Shown here: piece after piece, positions 12,800 to 25,319 of the stretch | Numbering within the stretch: the stretch's first letter is position 1 | How the letters are laid out: each line of letters opens with the position of its first letter | NCBI GenBank assembly: GCA_976551045.1 | Contig: CDPCPM010000281.1 | Span: forward strand, 5,084,001-5,148,000 | Direction: 5' to 3' | DNA length: 64,000 bases | Source: Glaucostegus cemiculus | Lineage: Eukaryota | Notes under the pieces: generated by a model | The model's input: the letters and a program-made list of their open reading frames with translations, nothing else | What the model was told of the DNA's origin: nothing | The model's database searches: none | Translations under genes and position numbers: made by a program

Positions 12800-13780
12800 A
12801 GTCTGCAGATGACACGGAAGTTGGTGATGTTGTGGATAGCGAGGAAGGTTGTCTAAAGCTACAACAGGATTTAGATGAGGTGGGGAGTTGAGAGGACCAT
12901 TTGGCAGATGGAATTTGATTGCGACATGTTGCACTTCAGGAAGGCAAATGGCATAAGGCGTGCACAGTAAATGATAGGGCACCAAGGAATATTGATAAAC
13001 AGGGAGATCTGGGGATTCAAGTCCATTGTTCCCTGAAAGAGACAGCACATGTAGGTAGGGTGGTGAAGAAAGCATTTGTCATGCTTGCCTTCATAGGTTG
13101 AGGCAGGGGTAATTGTATTGTAATAAGCTGAGTCCTGGTGAGAGGGGTATTATTACATCTTCTCCCCCTCCCCCACCCACCTATGTTCCCCCTCTCACCT
13201 AGATTCACCTATCCCCTGCCTGTGTGTGCTCCTTCCCCTCCCCCCCACCTTCTTATTCTGGCTTCTGCCCTCTTCCTTTCCAGTCCTGTTTATTCCCCTG
13301 TATGGATGCTGCCTGACCTGCTGAGTTCCTCCAGCACTTCTTGTGTATAGTTACAGGGACTGATTGGATAGGCTGGAGACACGAGAGGCTGCAAATGCTG
13401 GAATCCAGAGCAACACACAAAGCACTGAAGGAACTCAGCGAGTGAGGAATCATCTATGCAGAGAAATGGACAGTCGACATTTCGGGTCAAGACCCTGAAC
13501 TGAACTGTACCAAGATCCAAATGAAGGATCTCGACCCGAAACACAACTGTCCATTTCCCTCCACAGATGCTGCCTGACCCACTGAGTTCCTCCAACGCTT
13601 TGTGTTGAATTGGCTGGACTTGTTTTCACTGGAGAGGAGACTGAGTGGTGACCTAATAGAGGTATATAAAATTATAAGAGACATAGGGTAGATCATCAGA
13701 ATCTATTTCTCAAGGTAAGCATATCAAAAACAAGAGTGCATAGGTTTAAGGTGAGTGGAGGGAGTTTTGAAAGGGATTTA
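12800..13780 (+). mobile_element. CR1 fragment interrupted by Penelope-derived pieces
   Basis: ADDTEVG.VVDSEEGCLKLQQDLD, DLGIQVHCSLK and VVKKAFVMLAFI; resumes after 13605 with RLSGDLIEVYKII. Confidence 0.85.
13160..13605. mobile_element. Penelope-like terminal pieces, including an inverted pair at about 13375-13497 and 13517-13605
   Basis: Pyrimidine-rich tract followed by GATGCTGCCTGACCTGCTGAGTTCCTCCAGC, then two opposing copies carrying a GG(G/A)TC-NN-GACCC-GAAA hammerhead-like stem. Confidence 0.7.
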
Positions 13781-13789
13781 AGTATAAAA

Positions 13790-14385
13790 GGCAGGAAGTC
13801 ATATTGCAGCTGTAGAAAAGTTTGGTAAGACCACATCTGGAGGATTGCATAGAGTTCTGGTTGCCATACTATAAGAAGGATGTGGAGGCAAAAGAGGGTA
13901 CAAAAGAGGTTTACCCGGATATTGCCTGGATTGGAGAGTTTCAGCTATAAGGAAATGTTGGATAATCTTGGATTTTCTCTGGAGTGCTGGAGGCTGAGGT
14001 GGCAACCTGATAGGAGTATATAAAATTATGAGAGGCAGACATAGGGTAGATAGTTATAGTATTGTTCCCAGGATGGAAATGTCAAATACTAGAGGGCACA
14101 GCTTTAAGGTGACTGAGGGAAAGTCGAAAGGAAACTTATGAGGCAAGTTTGCTTTTCACACAGGAGAGTGGTAGGTGCCTGTATCGCACTGCTAGGGGAA
14201 GTGGTGGAAGTATATACAACAGCAGTATTTAAGAAGCATCTAGACAGACACATGAAAAGCCAGGGAATGGAGGGATATGCACCACATGCAGGCAAATGAA
14301 ATTAGTTTGGATTGGCATCATGGTCAACACGGACATTGTGGGCTGAAGGGCCTGTTCCTGTGCCGTACTGTTTAATGTTCTATGT
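13790..14385 (+). mobile_element. CR1 LINE 3' fragment
   Basis: LVRPHLEDCIEFWLPYYKKDV, RVQKRFTRILPGLE, and 3' UTR GGGCTGAAGGGCCTGTTCCTGTGC...TGTTCTATG. Confidence 0.9.
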
Positions 14386-15094
14386 ATTCCTTTTAAAATC
14401 AGTGCATTGCACCTTCTCTTCAGCAGTTCCTCAGGATTAAGGATGACTAGTTTCCATTTAAAGTCTAAGGAGTGGAAGAGTCTAGTGCAAGAATTTGTTT
14501 AATATTGGGTAGGTTGCTAATACGTAGACTTGACAGAGTTTGGTCTTGTCCCAGAGGCAACAAAGTTCAAGACAACTGGAGACTCACAATCGTTGATCTT
14601 GCCTATTCTCTTTTCCTCTGCCCTCTTCCTCATCACCCAACCCTTATTTCCTCCAGTCTTCTGTCCCTCCTCCACTGGTGTCCCCCTTCCCCCTAATGCC
14701 TCACGCCATCTCCCCCCTTACTCAGTCCCCCATCTTCTCAGCTCCCTCCCCCTTCACCTAGCCTCTCTGTTCACTTCCTCCCCTATCCAAACCTGGCGTT
14801 CCAACCAACTGGTTGCTTTCTTCGAGGGTGAGGGTGTCTCTGACCACTGCCATCGTCCTTGTCCCCAATGCCAATCATCTGGTCCCCCAATGCCAATCGT
14901 TCTCCCACACTCCCACCAATCATCCAACGTGAAGTCTGGGTCTGGCCCAGACCCCCACCAGAACTCTTCAGCCACCCAACATTGAAAGACAGAGGTCCCA
15001 TAAGTTTAGGAACAGCACAGGAGCACAAACTCCTTCAAGTTCAGGGCAGGGTAGGGGAAGGAAGCCTCACGGGTATGTGGAGAAGGGGGGGGGG

Positions 15095-15275
15095 GGGCAT
15101 AGAGACCCTATGAATAAGGGACAGTGGGACACACAGAGATCTTGTAGAAAGTGGGAGATGGAGGTCCCATGGGTTTAGGGACAGTGCGTGTGTCCAAGGC
15201 CTCGTGGGTTTAGGGAAAGTGGGAAACAGAGACCCCATGGGTTTTGATAGAGTGAGGAAGGCAAAGGGCCTATGA
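15095..15275. repeat. Degenerate G-rich minisatellite, about 33-35 bp unit
   Basis: Recurring GGTTTAGGGA(C/A)AGTG.....GA(G)ACCCCATG-like units, about 5 copies. Confidence 0.55.
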
Positions 15276-17279
15276 CTGTATCTTATAAACCTTACGTAAT
15301 CCCATCGCTATAAACCAACTATTAAACAAACAATAGTAACTGCCAAATTTTGTTTGGTGTAGACTAATATGAGCCTTTAATTTTTGTTGACATTTAATCC
15401 CATTTTAAGTGTTCCATTGTTATCTATGCTGGTATCCTAGGACATATGTATAGTGTGAACTCAGAAACACAAATGATACAGATTTTTTTTTTCCTTAATG
15501 TGTCACCATTATTGTCCTGCCCCTTTTAAGAAAAAAGTAAAATACACAAAGAGCACAGCATTATCTTTTTTGTGACATCGTATTGACAATAACATATTAA
15601 ATGTGTTGCAATCTGTGCCCATTGGCATCTGGTGTTAATGGCTGTAATTCACAGTATTATCATGAAGATGAGCCTACTCCATTCCCAATGATATTATGCA
15701 GGTGCTAGGAGATTGCAAGTTACCAATCATTGTTAAAATGGATGAAACTATCATATTCTTTGTGACTTTCACAATTGTATAAAGAGGCTGTCACAGATTG
15801 CTGGATGCTTAAAATATTCAACCCAGCACACAACACTCATGAAGGTTTGTGCTCAAGAGGTTAGTATTCATCAGCTAGAACCTCTGATGCTCGATTTGTA
15901 CCATTCAAGCGAGATAGGGTTGAAAAGCTTAAGGTCAAAACAAGCACAAGGGTTTTCAGCATTGTGCATTTTGCACAGGGTATTTTGTTCTGTCTTTTAT
16001 TCTAAGATTTATGTTTTTTACTGCACAATTTATTCTCTTAAAATTATCCAACCTGCCCAAAAATGTTTTTGCTTTACAGTGTGATGTTATTTAGGATTCT
16101 GGTTGCAGTGGGTTTTGGGTTCTTACCTGTCAACTTTGTTCTTACATTCAAAATCTCCTCAGCAATGCCAATGAAGCTAAAAATGTGACTGTCAAAAAAG
16201 AAATCTAATCCTTTTAGTAATAAATACATCTCAAATCCCTTTTTATTTGTGAGGAATGGGAGGAAATGCCAGTTAACAGCAGAGGAAGAGCAATAAGCTT
16301 CCAATCTGTATGCACAGCACAGACACTCCACCATCTCGTTGCCTCTCCCCTCTTGGCATTTACGTCATTGTGTTCATGCTGAGCTGCTATAGTCTGTTCG
16401 CCTCTCACAGTCACATATTTCTAAGCAAATATTCAAATAGAATGGTCTGGCTGAGACACATTCTCTGTGATGTTCACTCTGTGTCTTCTTTTAAAGCTGA
16501 GAGTCACAACTGTATTTTACACAGGATATGCAGCAGGTTGGCACCTTAGACATCCCACTGTGCTCACTGAAATCTTTAATTCAGGGTGACTGACACAGTG
16601 TCACCTATTTACATGGTTTTATTAATTTCACCCCAAGATAGAAGCTGCACTATTCTCTCAAACAGCAGAGCTGCCTGATCTTCGTTCTAATCAGGTTTTA
16701 ATGCGTTTGTGTGGGGATTACCATATGGTGGAAAGCAAATTAATTAAAGAAATAAAATCCAAAATTTGATTAATTCCCATTTCTTTCTAAACTTGCAATT
16801 GCTCATCATCAACTCTTGACGTTAGTTGCTTAGCTTCAAGCTGATATAAATCATATTGGGCCAATTCCTGCCCTCATTCACTTTATTTTGTCTCGTTATT
16901 TATTAGTTTTATCTGAATTGTAATTAAATACAAGAAAGGCAGAAATGCAACAAGCCACATTTTGAGTGTATGGGGGGATAATTGGGAGTTAAGACTTTTA
17001 TATCAAGGATCAATTAAAAAAGTGATTACTTTGGGATTAGCATGAATGGGTGCTGATGACTAGCATGGACTCGGTGGGCTGAAGAGCCTGTGTCCGTGTT
17101 GGATGACTCTATCATTCCCCAGGGTCTGCCACATCAGCACCCATTGGCATTTTACAGTGGGAGCAGCAAGCTACACTGACCTCCACTCAGAGGTAGACTC
17201 CTCATTAACACATTTAAGTCAGACTCCCACAATTCTAGTGGGAGCCTGATTTACTAGCAAAATTGCAAATTTCAAGCCG

Positions 17280-17900
17280 ATCAGAAGGTGCCTTGCACAA
17301 TTTGGTGATGCCCCGGCAACAGTTTCTGTTTGCCTGGATGTGCTCCCCCAGGAACAGCCTGTTTAGGAGAAACAGTGACAAAGGCCTTCACACCATTTTC
17401 CAGATTTTCCTGCTAAATGCTTATTCCAGAAGAAAATGGATGAGCCTCTCATTCCCATCACAACTGCCTCAAGGGCACTGTGTGTGCTGCTGAGACTCTG
17501 GCTGTGCCTGAAGGGTATACAGAGAAGGTTCTTCTCAAAGTCTTCCTCTTGCTCGAAAGTTCTGCTGAGGAGATATTCATCCAAATGAATTTGGCTGCCT
17601 GCTTGGGGAACCATTCAAAAGGATTCACCATCTCCTTTTCCTGCAGGGCCTCCAAGACATCCCATGCCAACCACTGACTGAAAGTCAAGGGTGTTCTTCA
17701 GCACAAACCTTTCTATGAGAGACGGGGTGAAGCAATGCAACTAATCCCATTCTTCACAACCTGTGAACAGATAGAACCTTAACAGACTGGCATATCCCAA
17801 GGTGTAAGACCAAGTACTGAGGGAAGCCTAGTGCAGTTCCAACAAAGCTTCTAAGAGAAGGGGCCACAGTTTAAGGTCCTGCTACCACTGTATGCCTAGA
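17280..17900 (-). mobile_element. Tx1/L1-clade non-LTR retrotransposon ORF2 C-terminal remnant
   Basis: Minus translation W.AWDVLEALQEKEMVNPFEWFPKQAAKFIWMNISSAELSSK, then a zinc-finger-like QCP.GSCDGNERLIHFLLE.AFSRKIW. It resembles Tx1-type ORF2 (zf-RVT region) as I recall it. Confidence 0.65.
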
Positions 17901-18389
17901 GACAGGAATCTCATAAAAAAATCCTGGACTATCTGTTAAAGGAATGAAATAAAATAAAAATATATATCATAATGTGCAGTGCAAAAGTTGTAAGAAAATG
18001 GAATGATATGGCTTATACTGAGAATGGCAACATATAAATGAAATGTAATTTATAATGGCCAACTTTTTTTTAAGTATAATTCTGAAAAAAAAAAATTTTA
18101 AACCTAATTTGCAGTTAACAACTGCTGAGCTCAGGAACCCCTCAGCTAGGAACAGCCATCTCCTGAATGCCAAGTCTAGATTGCAGCATGCTACGCCAAG
18201 TAGAATGAGGAGAGCTCCCTCCTCACCCCAACAACCCCTGTAAGAAATCTTTGGCCTCTCCTCTGGTAACCTTTTCATAACTAACCATCATTTGAGCCCC
18301 AATCAACAGCATCTTCTCAGTTGTTTTTACTCCAACCCCCACACACAAGCCCCAATCCGTAACTCCTTCCTGCCCAATTTCTTTTCGGA

Positions 18390-18800
18390 AGATGGTGTAT
18401 TGCTTCTGCCATCGGCGCTAGGATTCTGTCCTCCCAAGGCACAGACTTGAAATCCTCAACGCAATCCTGAATGCTCCTTTTCCATTTACCATGGTCTTGG
18501 ACCAGGGACCACCACCTGTTGGTGGGGAATTTACATTATTTCATGGAGGCGTTGAGAACGTTTTGAATCTCATTTTATGGACACCTGGTAATCTGTTGCT
18601 TTGGCAGAGTTCCGAATAAAGTGTTTGTTGTGGGAATCTGGTGTTGGTGTGCATACAGCTGACGCAGGTGGGTAGAGGAGCTCTGTTTTGTAAAAGTATA
18701 AATCCCTTTCTCTCGTAAGCATCAGTGAACAAGTCAACTATGAGGTTTCCCTCCAAGTCATCACGTCCACATATGGAAGCCCATGCATTAGCATAACCAG
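18390..18800 (-). mobile_element. RTE LINE remnant
   Basis: IVDLFTDAYERKG and TRFPQQTLYSELCQSNRLPGVHKMRFK, similar to RTE RLPKQ.LYSEL..G.R..GG...RFKD. Confidence 0.7.
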
Positions 18801-18957
18801 AGAAGCATCCTGGAAGTCACTGAGCACTTTGAGCCTCTCTAATGTGCAGGTCAAACACAAGCAGAGGAAGTAGTGTACAGCAACCGAGCACTTCAATGTT
18901 GTACACAAATCACTGAACATTGTCAAGTATAGCAAGCAATTAGGAAAGCAAACAGGA

Positions 18958-19560
18958 CTTTGGTATTGGTATGTTATTGTCATTTGTACCAAGATGCAGA
19001 AAAAAACGTCTTGCATACCATTCATACAGATCAATTCATTATACAGTGCATCGTGATAGTACAGGGTAAAAACAATAACAAAATACAGAGTAAAGTGACA
19101 CAGCTACAGGGAAGTGCATTGCAGGTAGACAATAAGGTGCAAAGTCATAACAAGGTAGATTTTGAGGTCAAGAGTCCATCTCATCATATAAGGAAACCAT
19201 TCAATAATCTTATCACAGTGGGATAGAAGCTGTCCTTGAGCCTGGTGGGATGTGCCCTCAGGGTCCTGTATCTTCTGCCTGATGGGAGATGAGAGAAGAG
19301 AGAATGAACCGGGTGGGTGGGGTCTTTGATTATGCTGGCTGCTTCACCAAGGCAGTGAGAGGCATAGGCAGACCATGGAGGGGAGGATGGTTTCTGCGAT
19401 GTGCTGGGCTGTGTCCACAACTCTCTGCAGTTTCTTGCAGTCCCGGCAGAGCAGTTTCCATACCAAGCCGTTATGCATCCAGATAGGATGCTTTCTATGG
19501 TGCATCGCTAGAAGTCAGTGAGTGTCAAAGGGGACATGCCAAATTTCTTTAACCTCCTGT
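18958..19560 (-). mobile_element. Rex1/Babar-type LINE 3' end
   Basis: CLGEAASIIKDPTHPVHSLFSHLPSGRRYRTLRAHPTRLKDSFYPTVIRLLN, plus a 3' UTR ending in (ACCAAT)n-like units. Confidence 0.85.
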
Positions 19561-19649
19561 GGATTGCTCAAGAAGTTCCTTTAATGAAACTTATGATTGT
19601 AATAGAGGCATTGGTGAGCTTTCTTGGTCATGGTGTCTACGTAGCTGGA

Positions 19650-20200
19650 TCTTTGCAGTAAGAATATTTGAGAATCAAAGTAGAGATCTATTTCTCCAAT
19701 TATACCGAGTCCTAATGAGACCATGTTTACAATAGTGTGTGTAGGTTTGTACTCCCCAAAGTGAGGGAAGCTTTATTTAGTGGCAGTAGCAGATGTTCAC
19801 TAGATTAATTCCTGGGATGGCCAGTTTGTCCTAGAATCAGACATTCAGTGGTGTGGGCTGACTTCATGAACTCAGAATAAGAGATGATCTCAATGAAACC
19901 TACTGAATTCTCAAGGGCCTTGACAGCACTGATGCAGAGTTGATATTTCCACTGGCTGGGGTGTCTAGATCCAAGTCTCAAAATAAGGGGTTGACTATTC
20001 AGAGATGAGAAAAACATTCTTCAGCCAAAGTGTAGTGAACCTTTGGAATTTTCTAGCCAGGAGAACATTCAATGTGGAGATCGATTGGCTTTCAGTTCTT
20101 AAGGGAATCAAGAGATGTGGAGTTAATGAAGGAACGTGGCACTGAGGTTAAGGATCAGGTGTAATTTTATTGATGACAGAGCAAGCATGAAGGGCGCTCT
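19650..20200 (+). mobile_element. Degenerate CR1 3' fragment
   Basis: LQLYRVLMRPCLQ, RCSLDLIPGM-like, RDDLNETY.ILKGLD and VVNLWNFL remnants. Confidence 0.7.
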
Positions 20201-22984
20201 CTTCACTTATTGTGTCCTTCTGTTTTCATCACTCCCCTCAGAACACACAGAACTGGAGTCATCCCCAATCCAGAGGGATTGCCCAAGAAGTTCTTTTTAT
20301 GAAAGTTTTGATTGTAATGAGGAAATAATGTTATTTTTAACATATTTTATAAACACTATGAATTCACAAACAAATATTCTGCCATTTTTGTTTATCTTCT
20401 GGTTAAAGGTTGCTTGTCAATGCATGAGGGAGTGAGCAATGCACTCTGCTGAAGGAGCATAGGGCAACAAATGAAGACAAATCCACTCATAAATGAAGGG
20501 CAGGCAAGAGGAGGAGAAGATTAGGAGAAAACTAACAAGATCTGGGTTTCGGTGTGCCGATCAAAGCTCTTTTTCAAATGGGCGACTTCAGACATCAGCG
20601 GCCACTGATGCTCGGTGACGGACGGTATTGAGCGAAAGAGGCCGATGCAGTTTATCAGGGTTATTGCAGCAATTTACAAGATAAACACTGAAGCAGTTTG
20701 GTTGAAAACAGCTGCTGGGAAGGATCTAGAGAAATGATGTCATTAGTTATCCTGCCACTTGAAAGCAAGTGATCTCCCAGCTTAGTGTAAATGAGTGGCC
20801 GATAGTCAGTAAGCTGAAGGGGCTATTTCTATGCTGTACTTCTCCGTAAAATGCAAAATGTAATACAATTATAAACACAAGGAAGTTAAATAGAATTATT
20901 TTATAAGCAACCTGAAGTTGTTCCTTCCTAAAATCTGTGAGATAAAGAATGACCAGAAATAACCCATAACATTGGCTGGTAAGTAATATCAGAGAACAGA
21001 AGCAAACTTGATTGAAACAATGAGGTTAATTAAAGTTACTCTTCACTGGACAAGGTGTAAACCAGACAGTTGATCTGGCACCGTCAAGGTGAAAGTTGAG
21101 AAATGATCTCTGTAGTCTGTTTTATGATTAGATTCACTTCTTGCTGTCCAGATTCAATGTACAAAGCCTTACTGGAAATGATGCAGTGCTCTATTATTAG
21201 TCTGGATTTTGTGAAGTGAAACCTGCTACCACATATACTGCTCGTGTTCCGTGTACCCTGAACTTGCTAGATCTATATAATATAAAGCCAGCCACGCAGT
21301 CTAGGATGATCCTTCAGCTGAGCAGCAAGCCCCTGCATGACACATCAGCCTTGAATGATGTAGTAAAGTGACCAGAGCAACTACTGCCCTCCAAATGGCT
21401 AAGCCAGCGGTCGTGAAAGTGCCCAAAATTGTCTAGCTCCCAAGTTGTGTTGGTCTTCCAGTATTCAGCAAGTTATGCTTGAAATTGGCAAATGGTGTCC
21501 AAGAGCCACATAGGTTATGTATACTTGTTGCAGCATGGGAGGAGATCCATTAGCTGGGCTTAATTAACCTGCATGGTTGATGGACAAGCAGCTAATCCAT
21601 TTAGAGATCTAGCTAAAAGTTGGCTCCTAGACATGAGTGAGGCAACTGAGGTGTCCACATTTTGATATTCAACCGCTTTCTCAGCTGAGAAATGGGAGGG
21701 TGGCATATAAGGATTCTTCCTAATATCTCATGGTCATGATCAAGCCGAGTTGTGAACAGCCATCGCAAGCCATCGGCAACTTACCCAACCACTTTCGCTT
21801 GGACAATTTGCACATTGCAACTGAATCTTAATGCAGAGGCATCTTCTCTACTGTGCCGCTGAGCAATTTCTAGTGGTAAGTGACTTGGCTAGCACAGCAA
21901 AGAGACACACAGCAAGGAAACAGCCCCCTCTACTCACCTCTCTGGTCCACTGAGTCCATGCTGACCACCAGGCACCCACTAACCTGTGCATCTATAGACC
22001 AGAGACCATGCAGAATGTAAAATCTTAAAATTAGGTCATGGCCTTAGATAAATTTTCTTAGTAAGGACATACTAATAGCTTTCAACACTGTACCTTTACC
22101 CTCATCTGGGAAGGTTCTTTTTTCCCTATTTCAGGCCATTTCATACATTAAATAATGAAAATTCCTTATATCTATTACCTCCCTTCATGCAAGGTCTGAG
22201 ATGAATTTCAATCCTCAATGCAGGTTCCAAAGGACAAAATATTATGTATTCAGCAGTGCAAGTACCTCAGGAAGACCCACAGTTAGTCCTCAATTCTAAA
22301 ACATTTAATTTACAGATCCTCACTATAAAGTTATTGACTTGTTGGGGTAGGTGTCTTCGATTTACAAATCTATTTTGCACTATAAATGAACAGTGTTCCA
22401 CTCTTTGCTCAAAGGAATCCAATGTACAGGAATACCCAAAGAGAATTTCACCCAGCCTTTTCAATTTACAAAGTTTAACCTAACAAAAGGGTTTCCAGGA
22501 GCATATCCCTTTTGAAAATCGAGGAATGACTGTAAAGGAGATCATGGGATAAGCATAAGTGACCAGTTCAGTCCCCTAGAATCTGGAGTGGGACTTGAAC
22601 CACTAATATTGTGGTCAGATGGTGAGCTTTAGTCACCAGAAAGGCAATGCATCATGGCCAACCAGTCATTGGAGGTCTCGGCATCAAATGGTTCCATCCA
22701 GCCAGCCTGCGTTGATCCAGGAGGGAAGCCAGACATTAGATGGCAGGATCTGCCAAGCCAGGAGGAACATCCAGCTCTCCTTGAATATTTGTGCTGGTCC
22801 CACATCTGTGTGGTTAGTTGTTTTAAGAACTGGTGAGTCCATTCATTGATTAGCACAATAGGCACAGGAATAATGCTTCACCCAATCATTCCTAAAGCTC
22901 ACAACCCAACCATGGACAGGGGTCTCAAGTCCCAGTACAGATGCTTGAGAGGTCCAGATTACACACAACAGGGCCAATATATCA

Positions 22985-23165
22985 CAGCCAATTAACCTAC
23001 CAACCAGCATGTCTTTGGGATATGGGAAGAAACAGGAGCACTCAGAGGAAACCCACATTGTCAAGGAGGGAACGTGGAAACTCCACACGGACAGCACAAG
23101 GTCAGGGTTGAACCTGAGCTTCTGGAGCAGTGAGGCAGCAGCTCAACTCGCTCTGCCACAGTGCA
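22985..23165 (-). mobile_element. tRNA-derived V-SINE (HE1-like)
   Basis: Reverse strand has a B-box GGTTCAACCC and the V-domain GTGTGGAGTTT..CGTTC...GGGTTTCCTC.GAGTGCTCC.GTTTC.TCCCA.ATCCCAAAGAC. Confidence 0.82.
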
Positions 23166-24344
23166 GCCTATTTCCATTCATTAAATAATCTAAATCCATT
23201 TAATTAATTCATTGATTGCACGTCTGGCATCACTAGTAGTAACCAGAAACCAATCAGATCATAAAAACCTAATTGTCATTCAGAGATGGACGGGGTTGTA
23301 TAGACTGGTCGATATGTAACTTCATTCCTGCTCAAGGGGTGCCAGGGATGAGGAATAAGTGCCAGCAACTCCCACATCCCATGAAAGAATCAAAGTTATC
23401 AAGTTGCCATCGTGAACCAAATAATTTGTCTCCACCCTCCAAACATGAAGCATGAAGCTTACCAATTTTATTTACTGTTTTCTAATCAAATAAAACATGC
23501 TCCCTCACATTTCAAATAACACCTTAACTTTTAAAACATAATAATGAGACAGACTGCGTGTTGTCGACATTAATTATTAAATGGTTAATCTATCCATAGA
23601 AGTAATCATTTTTGGAGCACGATTGGACCAACAGTCATTCACAGCAGCAGCTGAAACAAACCACCTCATGGTGTGAGACTTACTCCTGTACATTTCAGCA
23701 GACTCCTCCAAGTTTCCTGGAATGTGAGGTGTTGCAAAATGCGCACAAGAATGTCATTGCCAAATTGTAGAGGGGTGCCCACTCTTGTAACTCAAGACAG
23801 TGGAACAGCACACAGCTATCCAGAGAGTAGAGAGCTGGGGTATGAACAGCACAAGTTTTGTCCCTCCACTAGGTCCCGATGACTGACAGAGCATCACGGG
23901 GTTGCTCAGCTTTGACTTACGGGGCTCGGGTTTCAGATGGCAGAGGCACTCAACCTGAAATGGCTCCTTTGAATGGTCTCGCCTATGAAATATCACTGGA
24001 CCCACCAGAAGTATGTCAAAGGGATGCCCGAGGTTGCCAGCATGTGCCCTCCAAAAAGATGTATTGGGTAGATAAAGCATTCATCCCCCAGACTGAAGCT
24101 GGATACAGCTCTACTAATGTCATATTGAAGTATGTAGTTGCCATCCCAAGTTTTGCAGTAGGTGCCAATTCCAGACTGGAATTCCACTATTAGGAAGAAT
24201 GGAATTTATACCACCCAGATGCATCTATAAACAAGAGCAGCCAGAAATACGTATAGCCACACTCAAGACTCTTGAGAACGATCTTGTAGTTTTTACACTG
24301 AAAAGCAATAGTTTAATATTTCAAACTGTTTTTTTTAATCCATT

Positions 24345-24665
24345 CACAGAAGGTGGGTGTCACTATTGAGACCAGCATTTATAGTTTGAGCTGAGCAGCT
24401 TGCTAGCTCCTTTCCAAAGGCAATTGAGACAACTCCCTTGTTGTGGGTCTAAAGTTGCATGTATGCCTGGATAAGGGAAGCAAATTTCTTCCTCAAAGCA
24501 CAGTAGGGGACAATAAATAATAATCTGGTAACTATTATAATTTATATTCCAGGTTATAATTCAAAATCCTAGCTGTGTGATGGGATGAGAACCCATAGCG
24601 CTAGTCAATATTGCTCCAGCAATAGTGGTGAAGTAATATAATCATGGTTATGGCATTATGTGCCC
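24345..24665 (-). mobile_element. Old SINE-like repeat; related copies at about 60290-60640 (+) and 61030-61390 (-)
   Basis: Shared blocks CCAGCATTTA, CAAATTTC(T/C)TTCC.T.AAG and TTGTTGTGGGTCT.AAGT across the three loci. Confidence 0.5.
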
Positions 24666-25319
24666 TACCCTGACATTTGTTAACTTTTATAAGCCCCTCC
24701 AGTCATGTTAGTCAAAACCAGACTCCTTCAATTTGATTAAGTAAACCATTCTTCCCAATTTCCCTGCACTGCGAATGTTTGCCATCAGACAGGAGCTACG
24801 ATTATAACAAACTGTTGCAGTCAAAATTGCTCTAAAAATATAATTTGACAGAGAGTGCAACTTCACAGAATATGCAGCAGAGAGGCTGGAGCTCCATTAG
24901 GTGAAACAGAGTGGCCATAAACAGTGCTGCCTGGTGACCTTATAAGACCAATGCTTGTTATGGCTCCCGTCAGTGCAAATTTCAAAGCTCTAATTCTGAA
25001 TGGGTGGAAAAGCAAAAGGCATAAGGCCACCATTCATCAACAGGCAACATTGCTTGCAGTTTTGAGAGGTGTTTGTATTTCTCGTCACTAAAAGGTACTT
25101 AGGATTTGAATTATTATTTTCAATTAAGCTTCCTTTCCACCACAAGCCATACTCTGCAACAGCAAAAATGCTGCAAAGCATTACTGGAGCCACAATGAAG
25201 TAATACTAATTAACTTTGGCAAATTAAACTGGCACACACACATTTAAGAAAGGACCAGTTCAATATGTCAGATTTTTGTTGTTACCCTTTAAAGATTTTC
25301 ATGTGGCAGATAACTATAG

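Noticed and set aside
14530-15113. Pro/Ser-rich ORFs
   Set aside because: Explained by C-rich and G-rich low-complexity DNA and a degenerate minisatellite.
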